A stretch of DNA of 32,000 nt from Methylorubrum extorquens (GCA_900234795.1 LT962688.1:4350001-4382000), one strand, 5' to 3'. Positions 16,428 to 25,088 are shown, counted from the first letter of the stretch. Notes: a model not told the origin generated them from the sequence alone. Numbers and translations are program-made.

Positions 16428-17474
16428 TCAGGCCCGCCAATCCGGCAGAGCGCCCCCGGTCTCTGCAAGCCAGGCGGGAATCGGCAGGCTGCGCTCGCGT
16501 AGGAAGGCGGGGTTGAACAGCTTCGAGGCGTAGCGCGCGGCCCCGTCGCAGAGGATCGTCACGATGGTATGGCTGGGCCCGAGTTCGCGGGCGAGCCGGA
16601 TCGCGCCCGCCACGTTGATGCCGGACGAGCCGCCCAGCGACAGGCCCTCCTCGCGCATCAGGGCGAAGATGATGCCGAGCGCTTCCGTATCCGGAATCCG
16701 GAACGAGTGGTCGGGCGTGAAGCCTTCGAGGTTCTTCGTCACCCGGCCCTGGCCGATGCCCTCGGTGATCGAGGAGCCTTCGGCTTTGAGCGTGCCGGTG
16801 CTGTAATAGGCATGCAGCGCCGAGCCCTCGGGATCGGACAGGGCGATCTTCACGCCGGGCTTGGCCGCCCGCAGCGCCTCGGCCACGCCCGCGAGCGTGC
16901 CACCGGTGCCCGCCGCGCAGACGAAGCCGTCGACCGCGCCGCCGGTCTGCGCGAAGATTTCGGGGCCGGTCGCCTCGATATGGGCGCGGCGGTTGGCGGT
17001 GTTGTCGAACTGGTCGGCAAAGAAGGCGCCGGCCGCCTCCGTCTCGGCCAGCCGCTCGGCGAGGCGGCGGGCGGCGTGGACGTAGTTGTTCGGGTTGGCG
17101 AAGGGGACGGCGGGCACCTCGACCAGCCGGGCGCCGGCGAGCCGCAGCGTCTCCTTCTTCTCCGCCGATTGCGTCTCCGGGATCACGATCACGGTGCGGT
17201 AGCCGCGCACGGAGGCCACCAGCGCCAGCCCGATCCCGGTATTGCCCGCCGTGCCCTCGACGATGGTGCCGCCAGGCCGGATCAGGCCGCGCGCCTCAGC
17301 ATCCCGCACGATCGAGAGCGCCGCCCGGTCCTTCACCGAGAGGCCGGGATTGAGGAATTCGGCCTTGCCGAGGATGGTGCAGCCGGTCTCCTCCGAGGCG
17401 CGGCGCAGCCGGATCAGGGGCGTGCCGCCGATGGCGGCGAGCACGTCGGGCGAGACGGCAGGGGATGCGGACAT
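16428..17474 (-). CDS. PLP-dependent cysteine synthase / cystathionine beta-synthase family enzyme
   Basis: Contains the PLP-lysine motif NPGLSVKDRAAL, then GTIVEGTAGNTGIGLA, the glycine loop AAGTGGTLAGV and the late GGSSG motif. Length is 348 aa. Confidence 0.85.
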   Translation of the reverse strand: MSASPAVSPDVLAAIGGTPLIRLRRASEETGCTILGKAEFLNPGLSVKDRAALSIVRDAEARGLIRPGGTIVEGTAGNTGIGLALVASVRGYRTVIVIPETQSAEKKETLRLAGARLVEVPAVPFANPNNYVHAARRLAERLAETEAAGAFFADQFDNTANRRAHIEATGPEIFAQTGGAVDGFVCAAGTGGTLAGVAEALRAAKPGVKIALSDPEGSALHAYYSTGTLKAEGSSITEGIGQGRVTKNLEGFTPDHSFRIPDTEALGIIFALMREEGLSLGGSSGINVAGAIRLARELGPSHTIVTILCDGAARYASKLFNPAFLRERSLPIPAWLAETGGALPDWRA

Positions 17475-17541
17475 GCGGTGCGGCGGCCTTCCTGAGCGCC
17501 CGCGCGGGGCGGCGGATCAGGCAGGCTTAACCAACCGATTT

Positions 17542-17775
17542 TCAGGAATCCAGGTAGCCCGCCTCCCGCAAGGCGTCGGCGACCGCAGTAAAGAAGGGAT
17601 CATCTCTCTCGGCGTCGTCCTGCGACAGCGTTCTTCCCTCGCCATCGGACGCGGTCTCGCTCCGGTCGAAATCCCGGAAGTCCTGCGACTCCGCCGGGTT
17701 TCCGGCCGATGCTGCGGATGCGCCGAGCCCGAACAGGCCGGCCGCGGTGAGGAGGGTCTCGTTCAGGGAGATCAT
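17542..17775 (-). CDS. Small hypothetical protein (77 aa): N-terminal hydrophobic/signal-like segment and an acidic C-terminal half
   Basis: The ATG at 17775 is preceded by AGGAG. Sequence MISLNETLLTAAGLFGLGASAASAGNPAESQDFRDFDRSE.... No family recognised. Confidence 0.45.
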   Translation of the reverse strand: MISLNETLLTAAGLFGLGASAASAGNPAESQDFRDFDRSETASDGEGRTLSQDDAERDDPFFTAVADALREAGYLDS

Positions 17776-18266
17776 GGCCGGCTCCTGTCTCGAAACGAGA
17801 CGTCGCCAGCCTAATCGGTTCATGAAATCTTAGCAATATTGAGAGGCTGAGCCCAAAACAGCGTATCGGCCCTCATCGCTCCGGAGCGCCGGGGGCCGCG
17901 TAGAAGACGATCATGCCGCGCGCGGGCCGCTGTTGAAGCCGCGTTCATCGCCGTCGCCGTGCAAAAGACCGCCGCGCGGCGCCCGCTTTTCAGAATTCCG
18001 CTTTCGAGGATCTGTGAGCGAAGCGAAAACCCCGACCATCCGGCGCTTTCGGTTCAGCTCCGGTTCAAGCGCGACGGTGCAGTTTGGCCGCAGGTTGAGG
18101 GCTGTGATGTTCCTGCACCGGTTTTGGCGAACCGAGCCGCTTCGGCGCCGCAATCAGGCAGGATGAGCACTCCGTCAAGCTTCTCCCGCTAGACGCTCCT
18201 CTCGCGGCGGTTCGATCCGCCGCCTTCGATGCCTGCCCCGTTTTCTCTCAGTCGCGAATCCAATCC

Positions 18267-18344
18267 ATGACGGTCGTCGCCCTCATCGCCTGCAACCTGC
18301 TGCTGGCGGGCCTGTTTTCCCTGGTCGCCGTCGCCCTCGACTGA
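18267..18344 (+). CDS. Candidate 25-aa hydrophobic micro-protein
   Basis: MTVVALIACNLLLAGLFSLVAVALD. 23 of 24 third codon positions after the ATG are G/C, although the surrounding region is comparatively AT-rich and non-coding. There is no convincing Shine-Dalgarno and no family was recognised. Confidence 0.3.
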   Translation: MTVVALIACNLLLAGLFSLVAVALD

Positions 18345-18463
18345 GGGCCTCCCGAGACGACACCTGCTGAGCGGTCGTGGGCGAAGGCACACGGTCGGCG
18401 AGCGGGCGTTTCGTGAGGCGCTTTTGAGCGCCGCGCTCCCGCGCAAACCCGCACCGCACGGAT

Positions 18464-18500
18464 AAAGAACCCCGGTCGCTCCGTCGCGGCCGGGGTTTTC
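18464..18500. terminator. Rho-independent-type terminator hairpin, usable on both strands
   Basis: CCCCGG (18470-18475) pairs with CCGGGG (18490-18495). TTTT follows on the plus strand at 18496-18499, and AAAGAA precedes it, which reads TTCTTT on the minus strand. It lies 40 nt downstream of the stop of the minus-strand gene 18540..18737. Confidence 0.55.
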
Positions 18501-18539
18501 GGCTGAGCGGAACCGTTTGGCGCGACCATTTTCGGAGCG

Positions 18540-18737
18540 TCAGTCGCGGGTCGCCCGGTCCTGCAGCGTGTCCAGACGTCCGATGAGCGCTTCGAGACGC
18601 TCGCCGACCGGCTCGGTGAGGCTGTCGGCGTAGTGGCTGCGCAGGTTCTTGCCGAGATGGCGGCGCACGCTCGCGCTCAGCGGCGGCGCCTCCGCAGCAT
18701 CCTCTGCGCGTTTCGTGTCGGCGATGGGCTTCGTCAC
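18540..18737 (-). CDS. NepR-like anti-sigma factor (general stress response family), orphan copy
   Basis: A 65-aa protein. HLGKNLRSHYADSLTEPVGERLEALIGRLD matches the NepR core pattern (LG..LR..Y......P.P.rF..LL..L). The GTG start follows GGGAGA. No phyR or ecfG gene is nearby. Confidence 0.5.
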   Translation of the reverse strand: MTKPIADTKRAEDAAEAPPLSASVRRHLGKNLRSHYADSLTEPVGERLEALIGRLDTLQDRATRD

Positions 18738-18835
18738 GGATCGTCTCCCGTCCGGTGCCGGAAGCGGCTGTGAGGCGGCGATCCTGCGCGCTGGAAAGTT
18801 AAGGCGAGTTTTACTGCGGCGACCAAGGAACGATT

Positions 18836-18863
18836 AACCCTCCGTGCCAGGGCACGGAGGGTT
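18836..18863. terminator. Perfect 13-bp-stem hairpin downstream of the TRAP operon
   Basis: AACCCTCCGTGCC-AG-GGCACGGAGGGTT. TCTTCTTCC follows on the plus strand. It lies 42 nt beyond the dctM stop on the minus strand. Confidence 0.55.
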
Positions 18864-18904
18864 CTTCTTCCTCGAAATCATCGGTCCGAGTGCGGCCGCC
18901 GTTC

Positions 18905-20257
18905 TTACCGGGTCGTCGGCAGGAGCAGGTCCGGCAGCCAGAGGGCAATGCCCGGCACGAGGCAGAGCAGGAGGATCGCGACAGCCATCAGGATCACGAA
19001 GGGCAGGGTGCCCCAGATGATGTCCTTGAGCGGGATGTCGGGGGCGATGTTCTTGATGACGAAGATGTTGAGGCCCACCGGCGGGTGGATCAGCCCCATC
19101 TCCATGGTGATCGTCATCACCACGCCGAACCAGACGAGGTCAAACCCGGCTTCCTTGAGCGGCGGCAGGATGATCGGTGCCGTCATCAGGATGATCGAGA
19201 CCGGCGGCAGGAAGAAGCCGAGCGCGATCACCAGGGCCAGGATCGTGACGAGCAGGACCCAGGGCGAGAGCTGCATCGCGACGATAGCCTGGGCCGCCGC
19301 CTGTGAGATGTGGAGGTAGCTCATCACGTAGGCGTAGAGGAGCGACATGCCGATGATCAGCATCAGCATGGTCGATTCCCGCAGCGTCGCCGTGAGGATC
19401 GGATCGAGATCGCGGAAGCGCCACACGCCGTAGATCACCGCGATCAGCGCCAGCGCCAGCAGGCCGCCGAGGCCGGCCGTCTCGGAGGGCGTGGCGTAGC
19501 CGCCGTAGAGCGCGACCATGACGCCGGTGAGCAGCACCACGAAGGGCAGCACCCGCGGCAGCGTCGAGAAACGCTCGCGCATGCTGTAGCTGTCTTCCTT
19601 GAGGATCGGATGCTGCGTACCCGTCCGCTCGTAGGCGAGCTTGGCCGCCGCGAACTCCGAGCGGAAGCGGAACACCGACCAACTGGCAAACAGCGCGACC
19701 AGCAGGAAGCCCGGGCCGATGCCGGCCAGGAACAGGCGCCCGAGCGACTGCTCGGCGGCCACCGCGTAGAGGATCATGGTGATCGAGGGCGGCAGCAGGA
19801 TGCCGAGCGTGCCGCCCGCCGCGATGATCCCGGCGGCGAAGCCCGGCGAGTAGCCGCGGCGGCGCATTTCCGGAATGCCCGCCGAGCCGATCGCCGAGCA
19901 GGTGGCGGGCGAGGAGCCGGCCATCGCTGCGAACAGGGCGCAGGCGAACACGTTGGCGATGCCCAAGCCCCCGGGGATGCGGTGCATCCAGGCATGCATC
20001 GCCGAGTAGAGATCCTGGCCCGCCTTGCTCCGCCCGATCGCCGCACCCTTCAGGATGAAGAGCGGGATCGAGAGCAGCGTGATCGAGGCCATCTCCTCGT
20101 AGACGTTCTGCGCCACCGTATCGAGCGAGGCGGCGGGCATGAACACGTACATGAAGGCCAGGGCCACGAAGCCCAGCGCAAAGGCGATGGGGATGCCCGA
20201 GAGCATCGCCCCCAGGGTCGCCCCGGCATAGAGGAAGCCGATCGCGGCGGTGCTCAT
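18905..20257 (-). CDS. dctM: TRAP transporter large permease subunit (DctM family)
   Basis: A 450-aa polytopic membrane protein with typical DctM blocks (IPLFILKGAAIGRSKAGQDLY, FAAMAGSSPATCSAIG, GTLGILLPPSI). Its ATG overlaps the dctQ stop (ATGA). Confidence 0.9.
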   Translation of the reverse strand: MSTAAIGFLYAGATLGAMLSGIPIAFALGFVALAFMYVFMPAASLDTVAQNVYEEMASITLLSIPLFILKGAAIGRSKAGQDLYSAMHAWMHRIPGGLGIANVFACALFAAMAGSSPATCSAIGSAGIPEMRRRGYSPGFAAGIIAAGGTLGILLPPSITMILYAVAAEQSLGRLFLAGIGPGFLLVALFASWSVFRFRSEFAAAKLAYERTGTQHPILKEDSYSMRERFSTLPRVLPFVVLLTGVMVALYGGYATPSETAGLGGLLALALIAVIYGVWRFRDLDPILTATLRESTMLMLIIGMSLLYAYVMSYLHISQAAAQAIVAMQLSPWVLLVTILALVIALGFFLPPVSIILMTAPIILPPLKEAGFDLVWFGVVMTITMEMGLIHPPVGLNIFVIKNIAPDIPLKDIIWGTLPFVILMAVAILLLCLVPGIALWLPDLLLPTTR

Positions 20258-20979
20258 GCCTTGCCTCCCCTCGTCGTGATCGGCCGAACCGGGGCCGCTG
20301 TCGGTTTGATCGTGCTCTCCAGGGGATCCGGCCCCTCGGGCGTCAGATCCGGGCGGTCGCGCATGTCGCGGTTGACGTCCGCCCCGATGCCGATCTTCGG
20401 CTTGGCCCAGCCGGCAGCGCGGGGGCCGTAGAGGACGGCCTCAGTGATCTGCAGGACGAACTGGACGGCGAGCAGGCTCATGCCCGCGGCCATCAGCAGG
20501 TAGGGAATCCAGAGCGGAGGCCCCCAGGTCGATTGCGAGATCTGGCCGTCTTCCCAGGCCTCGTGGAACAGGCTCCAGCTCTTCCAGGCGAAGAAGGTCA
20601 CGAAGGCGAGGCTGACGATGTCGACGAAGATCAGCCGCACCCGGTTGACGCCCGGCGACAGCAGGCCGGTGAGGGCCTCGATGGCGACGTGGCCGCGCTT
20701 GGCCTGAACGCCCGCCGCCGACAGGAAGGTCGCGCCGACGATGAGGAACACGGCGGTCTCGTCCTGCCACTCGGTCGGCTCGTGGAAGACGTAGCGGGTC
20801 AGGACGGAGTAGCTGAGCACGAGGCAGGCGGCGACGAGCGCCACCCCGCCGCACACCAGGATGAGGTGGTTGAGCCGGCGCGTGGTCCGCTCGATCACCC
20901 CGAGCAGGCCCGGAATCCGCGGCTCCTCGGCGCGTTTCGTCTCGGAGGCGGCCGAGGCCGCGTCGAAGGCGTGGCTCAT
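20254..20979 (-). CDS. dctQ: TRAP transporter small permease subunit (DctQ family) with a C-terminal extension of about 55 aa
   Basis: Four TM segments (LILVCGGVALVAACLVLSYSVLTRYVF, WQDETAVFLIVGATFL, ...). The ATGA overlap with the dctP stop indicates translational coupling. Confidence 0.8.
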   Translation of the reverse strand: MSHAFDAASAASETKRAEEPRIPGLLGVIERTTRRLNHLILVCGGVALVAACLVLSYSVLTRYVFHEPTEWQDETAVFLIVGATFLSAAGVQAKRGHVAIEALTGLLSPGVNRVRLIFVDIVSLAFVTFFAWKSWSLFHEAWEDGQISQSTWGPPLWIPYLLMAAGMSLLAVQFVLQITEAVLYGPRAAGWAKPKIGIGADVNRDMRDRPDLTPEGPDPLESTIKPTAAPVRPITTRGGKA

Positions 20980-21998
20980 CCGACCTTCTCCGCCAGCTTG
21001 AGCAACTCGGCGCAGCTCGCGTTCTTGTTGGCGAAGTCCTTCCAGGCGGTGTCGCGGGCGATGTCACGCCACTTGCCGAGATTGACCTCGTCGAGCTGCA
21101 CCACCTTGGCGCCGGCCTTGCCGAACACTTCCTCGACGCGGGTGTCGTCGGCCTTGGCGCCCTCCTGGCCGAAGCTCTCGAGCTCGGCGCCGACCGCCAT
21201 GATGAGATCCTGCTGGTCCTTGGGCAGACCGGAGAACACGATCTTCGACATCATGATCGGCTCCAGCATGAACCAGTAGGAGCGCTCGCGGCCGGAGGTC
21301 AGGGCCTTCGAGATCTCCTCCAGGCGGAACGAGATCAGGCTGGTGGAGGAGGTCAGCACCGCGTCGCAGGCGCCGGTCTGCATCGCGGCGTAGGATTCGT
21401 TCGACGGCAGCGAGAGCGTGGCCGCGCCGGCCTGCTTCATCATCAGGTCCATCTCGCGCGAGCCACCGCGGACCTTCATCCCCTTGGCGTCGTCGGGCGT
21501 CAGCAGCGGGCGCTCGCGGCTGGCAATGCCGCCGGCCTGCCAGACCCAGGACACCAGCACGATGCCCTTGGAATCCAGGATCTCGGTGAGCTTGCGGCCG
21601 ACGGGCGCGTCCTTCCAGGCGAGCGCCTGGGCATAGGAAGAGACCAGGGCCGGCATCAGGCCGATATTCATCTCCGGCACCTCGCCGCCCGCGTAGGGCG
21701 AGGGGTAGAGCGAGAGATCGAGCGCCCCTTTGCGCATGGCGCTGAACTGGGCGTTGGTCTTCATCAACGAGGAGCCGGGATAGACCTGCACCTCCATCGC
21801 GCCCTTCGAGCGCTCCTTGATGGCGGCCGCGAACTTCCGGCACATCCGATCGCGAAAATCGCCCTCGTCGATCGAGCCGCCGGGGAACTGGTGCGAGAGC
21901 TTCAGGGTCGTGGCGGCCCGGGCCGGGCCGGTTCCGAGCTTCAGCAGCGCGGGCGCAGCGAGCCCGGCCGCGAGAAGGTGGCGGCGGTTCAGCGTCAT
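20976..21998 (-). CDS. dctP: TRAP transporter substrate-binding protein (DctP family), Tat-type signal peptide
   Basis: The sequence begins MTLNRRHLLAAGLAAPALLKLGTGPARA, followed by TLKLSHQFPGG... and a DctP-type fold pattern. GGGAAGGAA precedes the ATG at 21998. Confidence 0.9.
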   Translation of the reverse strand: MTLNRRHLLAAGLAAPALLKLGTGPARAATTLKLSHQFPGGSIDEGDFRDRMCRKFAAAIKERSKGAMEVQVYPGSSLMKTNAQFSAMRKGALDLSLYPSPYAGGEVPEMNIGLMPALVSSYAQALAWKDAPVGRKLTEILDSKGIVLVSWVWQAGGIASRERPLLTPDDAKGMKVRGGSREMDLMMKQAGAATLSLPSNESYAAMQTGACDAVLTSSTSLISFRLEEISKALTSGRERSYWFMLEPIMMSKIVFSGLPKDQQDLIMAVGAELESFGQEGAKADDTRVEEVFGKAGAKVVQLDEVNLGKWRDIARDTAWKDFANKNASCAELLKLAEKVG

Positions 21999-22056
21999 GG
22001 CGTTTCCTTCCCAATACCGCTTTCGCGGAATTCTACTCGTCCGTTCGTTCGGACTT

Positions 22057-22118
22057 TTGTGCAGCGCACAATATACGTTTCAGCGCAGCATTTAATGCAA
22101 GATCGCGTCATCTTGCAT
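22057..22118. promoter_or_regulatory. Two perfect palindromes in the GntR/TRAP divergent intergenic region (candidate GntR operators)
   Basis: TTGTGC-AGC-GCACAA (22057-22071, a GT..AC core as in FadR-type operators) and ATGCAAGAT-CGCGTC-ATCTTGCAT (22095-22118). This is the most AT-rich stretch of the window. Confidence 0.4.
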
Positions 22119-22161
22119 ATTTTGTCAACGCCCGTGAATATGGATCGGCAGGAAATCGCCG

Positions 22162-22833
22162 ATGACTCGACCGATGAACCAGACCCAGCGCCTTAGGCAG
22201 ACGATCGAGGACGAGATCGTCGAGGGGCGGCTCGCCCTCGGCGCGCGCCTCGACGAGACGCAGCTCGCCGAGCGCTTCGGCGTCTCGCGCACGCCGATCC
22301 GCGAGGCGCTGCTGCAACTGGCCGCCACCGGCCTCGTCGAGACCAAGCCGCGCCGCGGCATGGTGGTGAGCGCGCCCGAGCCGGGCCATCTCTTGGAGAT
22401 GTTCGAGACGATGGCGGAACTGGAAGCCGCTTGCGGCCGGCTCGCCGCGCGCCGCCTCACACCGGAGCTCGAGGCGGAGTTGACGGGCGCCGTCGCAGCC
22501 TGCGCACGGGCCGCCGCGGCGGGCGACCCGGAAGCCTATTACGGCGAGAACTACGTCTTCCACACGGTGATCTACCGCGCCTGCCGCAACGACTTCCTGT
22601 GCGGGCAGGCGCTGGCGCTGCACCGCCGCCTCTCGCCCTATCGGCGGCTGCAACTGCGCACCCGTCATCGGGTGGCGCAATCGCTCGCCGAGCACGAGGC
22701 GGTCGTCGCCGCGATCCTCGCCAGCGATGGCGCCGCGGCGGCCGATCAGCTCCGCCGCCACGTCCTGATCCAGGGCGACGGCTTTTCGGAACTGGTGGCG
22801 AATCTGCGGGCGCTGGATCACAGCGCGGCGTGA
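22162..22833 (+). CDS. GntR-family transcriptional regulator with an FCD (FadR C-terminal) ligand domain
   Basis: The winged-helix segment is LDETQLAERFGVSRTPIREALLQLAATGLVETKPRRGMVV, followed by helical FCD-like repeats containing His residues. It is divergent from dctPQM. Confidence 0.85.
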   Translation: MTRPMNQTQRLRQTIEDEIVEGRLALGARLDETQLAERFGVSRTPIREALLQLAATGLVETKPRRGMVVSAPEPGHLLEMFETMAELEAACGRLAARRLTPELEAELTGAVAACARAAAAGDPEAYYGENYVFHTVIYRACRNDFLCGQALALHRRLSPYRRLQLRTRHRVAQSLAEHEAVVAAILASDGAAAADQLRRHVLIQGDGFSELVANLRALDHSAA

Positions 22834-22937
22834 GCACCCCGAAGGGTCGCACATCGCGAGCGTCGCTTCCGGTGCTGTGGCAGGGCCGGCGCGGAGGCCG
22901 TAAGCTCACGCTTCGCGGTTCGCCGTGGAGGTTCTTC

Positions 22938-24398
22938 GTGTCCCGCCGCTCCCTTCCCGGCGCCCTTCCGGTCGCGCTCGCCCTGACGACCCTCGCCGGA
23001 TCGCCCGCCCTGGCGCAGCCCACCGGACGGCCGGTCTACGAGGGTGCGGGCGGCGATCCGCGGATCGCGGTCGCCCAGCCGGAATCGACGAGCCAAGCGT
23101 CCGGCGGCTACGTGCGCTCGATCGAGCCCTTCGGTGACCCGCTCGGCCTGCGGCCCCTGCTGAAGGAGCGGGGCATCGAGTACAGCCTCACCTACATCGC
23201 CGAGACGCTCGGCAATCCCGTCGGCGGCATTCGCCAGGGGGCGATCGTCGAGGACCGGCTGAACCTGCGGCTCAATCTCGACCTGCAACGGCTCGCCGGC
23301 TGGGACGGCGCCACGGTGCACGCCAACGCCTACTTCATCCATGGCACCGGCCTGTCGCGCTACGATGTCGGCAACCTGCTGGCCGCCAGCGTGATCGAGG
23401 CGCTGCCCGCCTCCCGCCTCTACACGCTGTGGCTCGACCAGCAGCTCTTCGACGGCAAACTCGGCATCCGGATCGGGCAGCAGGCGGCCGACACCGAGTT
23501 CTTCGTCAGCCAGACCGCGACCCTGTTCGTGAACTCGACCTTCGGCTGGCTGGCGATCACCGCGCTCGACCTGCCGAGCGGCGGCCCGGCCTACCCGCTC
23601 GCGACGCCCGCGATCCGGGCCAAATACGTGCCGGGCAACGGCTTCTCCCTCCAAGCCGGGCTCTATGACGGCGATCCGGCCGGGGCCAATCGCCCGGGCG
23701 ACGACCCCGAGGGGCAGCGCCTCGACCGCACCGGCACCAATTTCCGCACCCGCGATCCCGCCCTCGTCGTGGCCGAGGCGACCTACGCCTTCAACACGCA
23801 GGAGGGCTCGAAGGAACTGCCCGGCGACATCACCCTCGGGGGCTGGCAGCATTTCGGGCGCTTCGAGAGCTTGCGCTTCGACCAGACCGGCCTGCCGCTC
23901 GCCGACCCGAACTCCACCGGCATCGGCGGCCGCCTGCGCAGCAATGCCGGGATCTACGCGGTCTACGATCAGACGCTCTACCGGGAATCGGGCAAGGACG
24001 ACGAGGGCCTCGGCTTCTTCCTGCGCGCGGCGTGGTCGCCGACCCGCTCCAGCCTCGTCTCCGCCTATCTCGATACCGGGCTCGCCTATAAAGGCCTGTT
24101 GCCGGGCCGCGACAACGACACGGTGGGCCTCAGCCTGGCGCAGGCCCGCCTCTCCGACGACGCGCGCCGCTCCGATATCGATTCCATCGTCCTGACCGGC
24201 ACGCCGATGCCGCGGCGGCGGGCCGAGACGGTGATCGAGGCGACCTATCAGGCGGTGGTGGTGCCGGGCTTCACCGTCCAACCGGACGCGCAACTGATCC
24301 TGCATCCCGGCGGCGGCATCGCCAACCCGCGCGACCCGGAAGGCCGCCGGGTGCGCAACGCCGCCGTGCTGGGGCTTCGCGCGACGGTTCAGTATTGA
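22938..24398 (+). CDS. Carbohydrate-selective porin, OprB family
   Basis: - The GTG start follows GGAGG.
- Signal peptide VSRRSLPGALPVALALTTLAGSPALA.
- Sequence blocks LRPLLKERGIEYSLTYIAETLGNPVGG, GWDGATVHANAYFIHG and LWLDQQLFDGKLGIRIGQQAADTEF.
- Ends in an aromatic residue (..RATVQY). Confidence 0.8.
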   Translation: MSRRSLPGALPVALALTTLAGSPALAQPTGRPVYEGAGGDPRIAVAQPESTSQASGGYVRSIEPFGDPLGLRPLLKERGIEYSLTYIAETLGNPVGGIRQGAIVEDRLNLRLNLDLQRLAGWDGATVHANAYFIHGTGLSRYDVGNLLAASVIEALPASRLYTLWLDQQLFDGKLGIRIGQQAADTEFFVSQTATLFVNSTFGWLAITALDLPSGGPAYPLATPAIRAKYVPGNGFSLQAGLYDGDPAGANRPGDDPEGQRLDRTGTNFRTRDPALVVAEATYAFNTQEGSKELPGDITLGGWQHFGRFESLRFDQTGLPLADPNSTGIGGRLRSNAGIYAVYDQTLYRESGKDDEGLGFFLRAAWSPTRSSLVSAYLDTGLAYKGLLPGRDNDTVGLSLAQARLSDDARRSDIDSIVLTGTPMPRRRAETVIEATYQAVVVPGFTVQPDAQLILHPGGGIANPRDPEGRRVRNAAVLGLRATVQY

Positions 24399-24405
24399 AG
24401 GGACC

Positions 24406-24427
24406 GGCCTTCGAGGTTCGGAAGGCC
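24406..24427. terminator. Hairpin between convergent porin and vapC genes
   Basis: GGCCTTC-GAGGTTCG-GAAGGCC, nested in a wider ACCGGCC / GGCCGGT repeat. There is no U-tract. Confidence 0.3.
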
Positions 24428-24443
24428 CCATCGGGCCGGTACT

Positions 24444-24845
24444 CTAGGATGCGACAGCCAGGTCCGTGTGGATGAAGTCCCGACCCTTGAAGAGGATCGG
24501 GACGCGGCCGGTAGCGGCGCAGGCGTAGGAGAGGCAGTCGGCGAAATTGAGCTGCGCCGGATGGCCCCAGCCCTTGCCGTAGGTGTCGAAGGCCGCCACC
24601 GCCCGGCGGGCGACGGCATCGTCGATCGAGACGACGGTGATTCCGGCCGCCTCCAGGAAGGCGTCGTACATTTCCTGGGCCGCCGCGACCGGAAGGCCAA
24701 GGATGCGCGCAAGATTGATCACCGCCTCAAGGCGGACATGCGGCCCGGTTTCCCGGCGTCCGGCAGCCTCAATGCAGGCGGCGAAGGCGGGCGCCTCGGG
24801 CTCGTCGGCCAGAATGGCGACGACGGCCGACGTGCCGATGAACAT
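24444..24845 (-). CDS. vapC: Type II toxin VapC (PIN-domain ribonuclease)
   Basis: MFIGTSAVVAILADEPE... has Gly where the first PIN acidic residue is usually expected, then a conserved Glu. NFADCLSYACA carries the distal acidic residue. Length is 133 aa, and the ATG immediately follows the antitoxin stop (TGAATG). Confidence 0.8.
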   Translation of the reverse strand: MFIGTSAVVAILADEPEAPAFAACIEAAGRRETGPHVRLEAVINLARILGLPVAAAQEMYDAFLEAAGITVVSIDDAVARRAVAAFDTYGKGWGHPAQLNFADCLSYACAATGRVPILFKGRDFIHTDLAVAS

Positions 24846-25088
24846 TCAGCGCATCCACAAGGCGTCGCGCTCATCCTCGCTCAGAGGCGGCGCGGGCGCC
24901 CGATCGCCCTTCGCCAGCGCCGCTGCGCGGATTGCGGCCACACGCTCGATCAGAGGGAGAGCCTCGTCGGTGCGCTTGATCTCATGCTGCAAGGCAAGCT
25001 TGATCGCGGCCGTGAGGTTGGGCGCGCCGGACTTTCGCATGACAGTTTCGGCGAGGGTCCGGACTTCCTCATCCCTGATGCTGAGCAT
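24846..25088 (-). CDS. vapB: Type II antitoxin, VapB family (Rv0623/PSK-like)
   Basis: An 80-aa protein, MLSIRDEEVRTLAETVMRKSGAPNLTAAIKLALQHEIKR.... GGAGG lies 5 nt upstream of the ATG at 25088. The upstream extension of the ORF to 25175 was rejected. Confidence 0.7.
   Translation of the reverse strand: MLSIRDEEVRTLAETVMRKSGAPNLTAAIKLALQHEIKRTDEALPLIERVAAIRAAALAKGDRAPAPPLSEDERDALWMR

Noticed and set aside
18199-18228. A tRNA-like GGTTCGATCC sequence (GCGGCGG-TTCGAT-CCGCCGC), considered as a possible tRNA gene or a tRNA 3-prime fragment marking an integration site.
   Set aside because: With a 7-nt T-loop the stem does not pair correctly. No complementary acceptor strand (ATCGAAG) or anticodon arm lies upstream, and there is no CCA context or integrase nearby. 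I treat it as a plain hairpin.
18738-18835. An EcfG-type general stress promoter (GGAAC-N16/17-CGTT) upstream of the NepR-like gene and upstream of the 77-aa gene at 17776-17830.
   Set aside because: The best candidates are GTAAAAC... with no CGTT at the right spacing, and GAAC-N20-CGTT near 17800-17830 with the wrong spacing. Neither fits the consensus.
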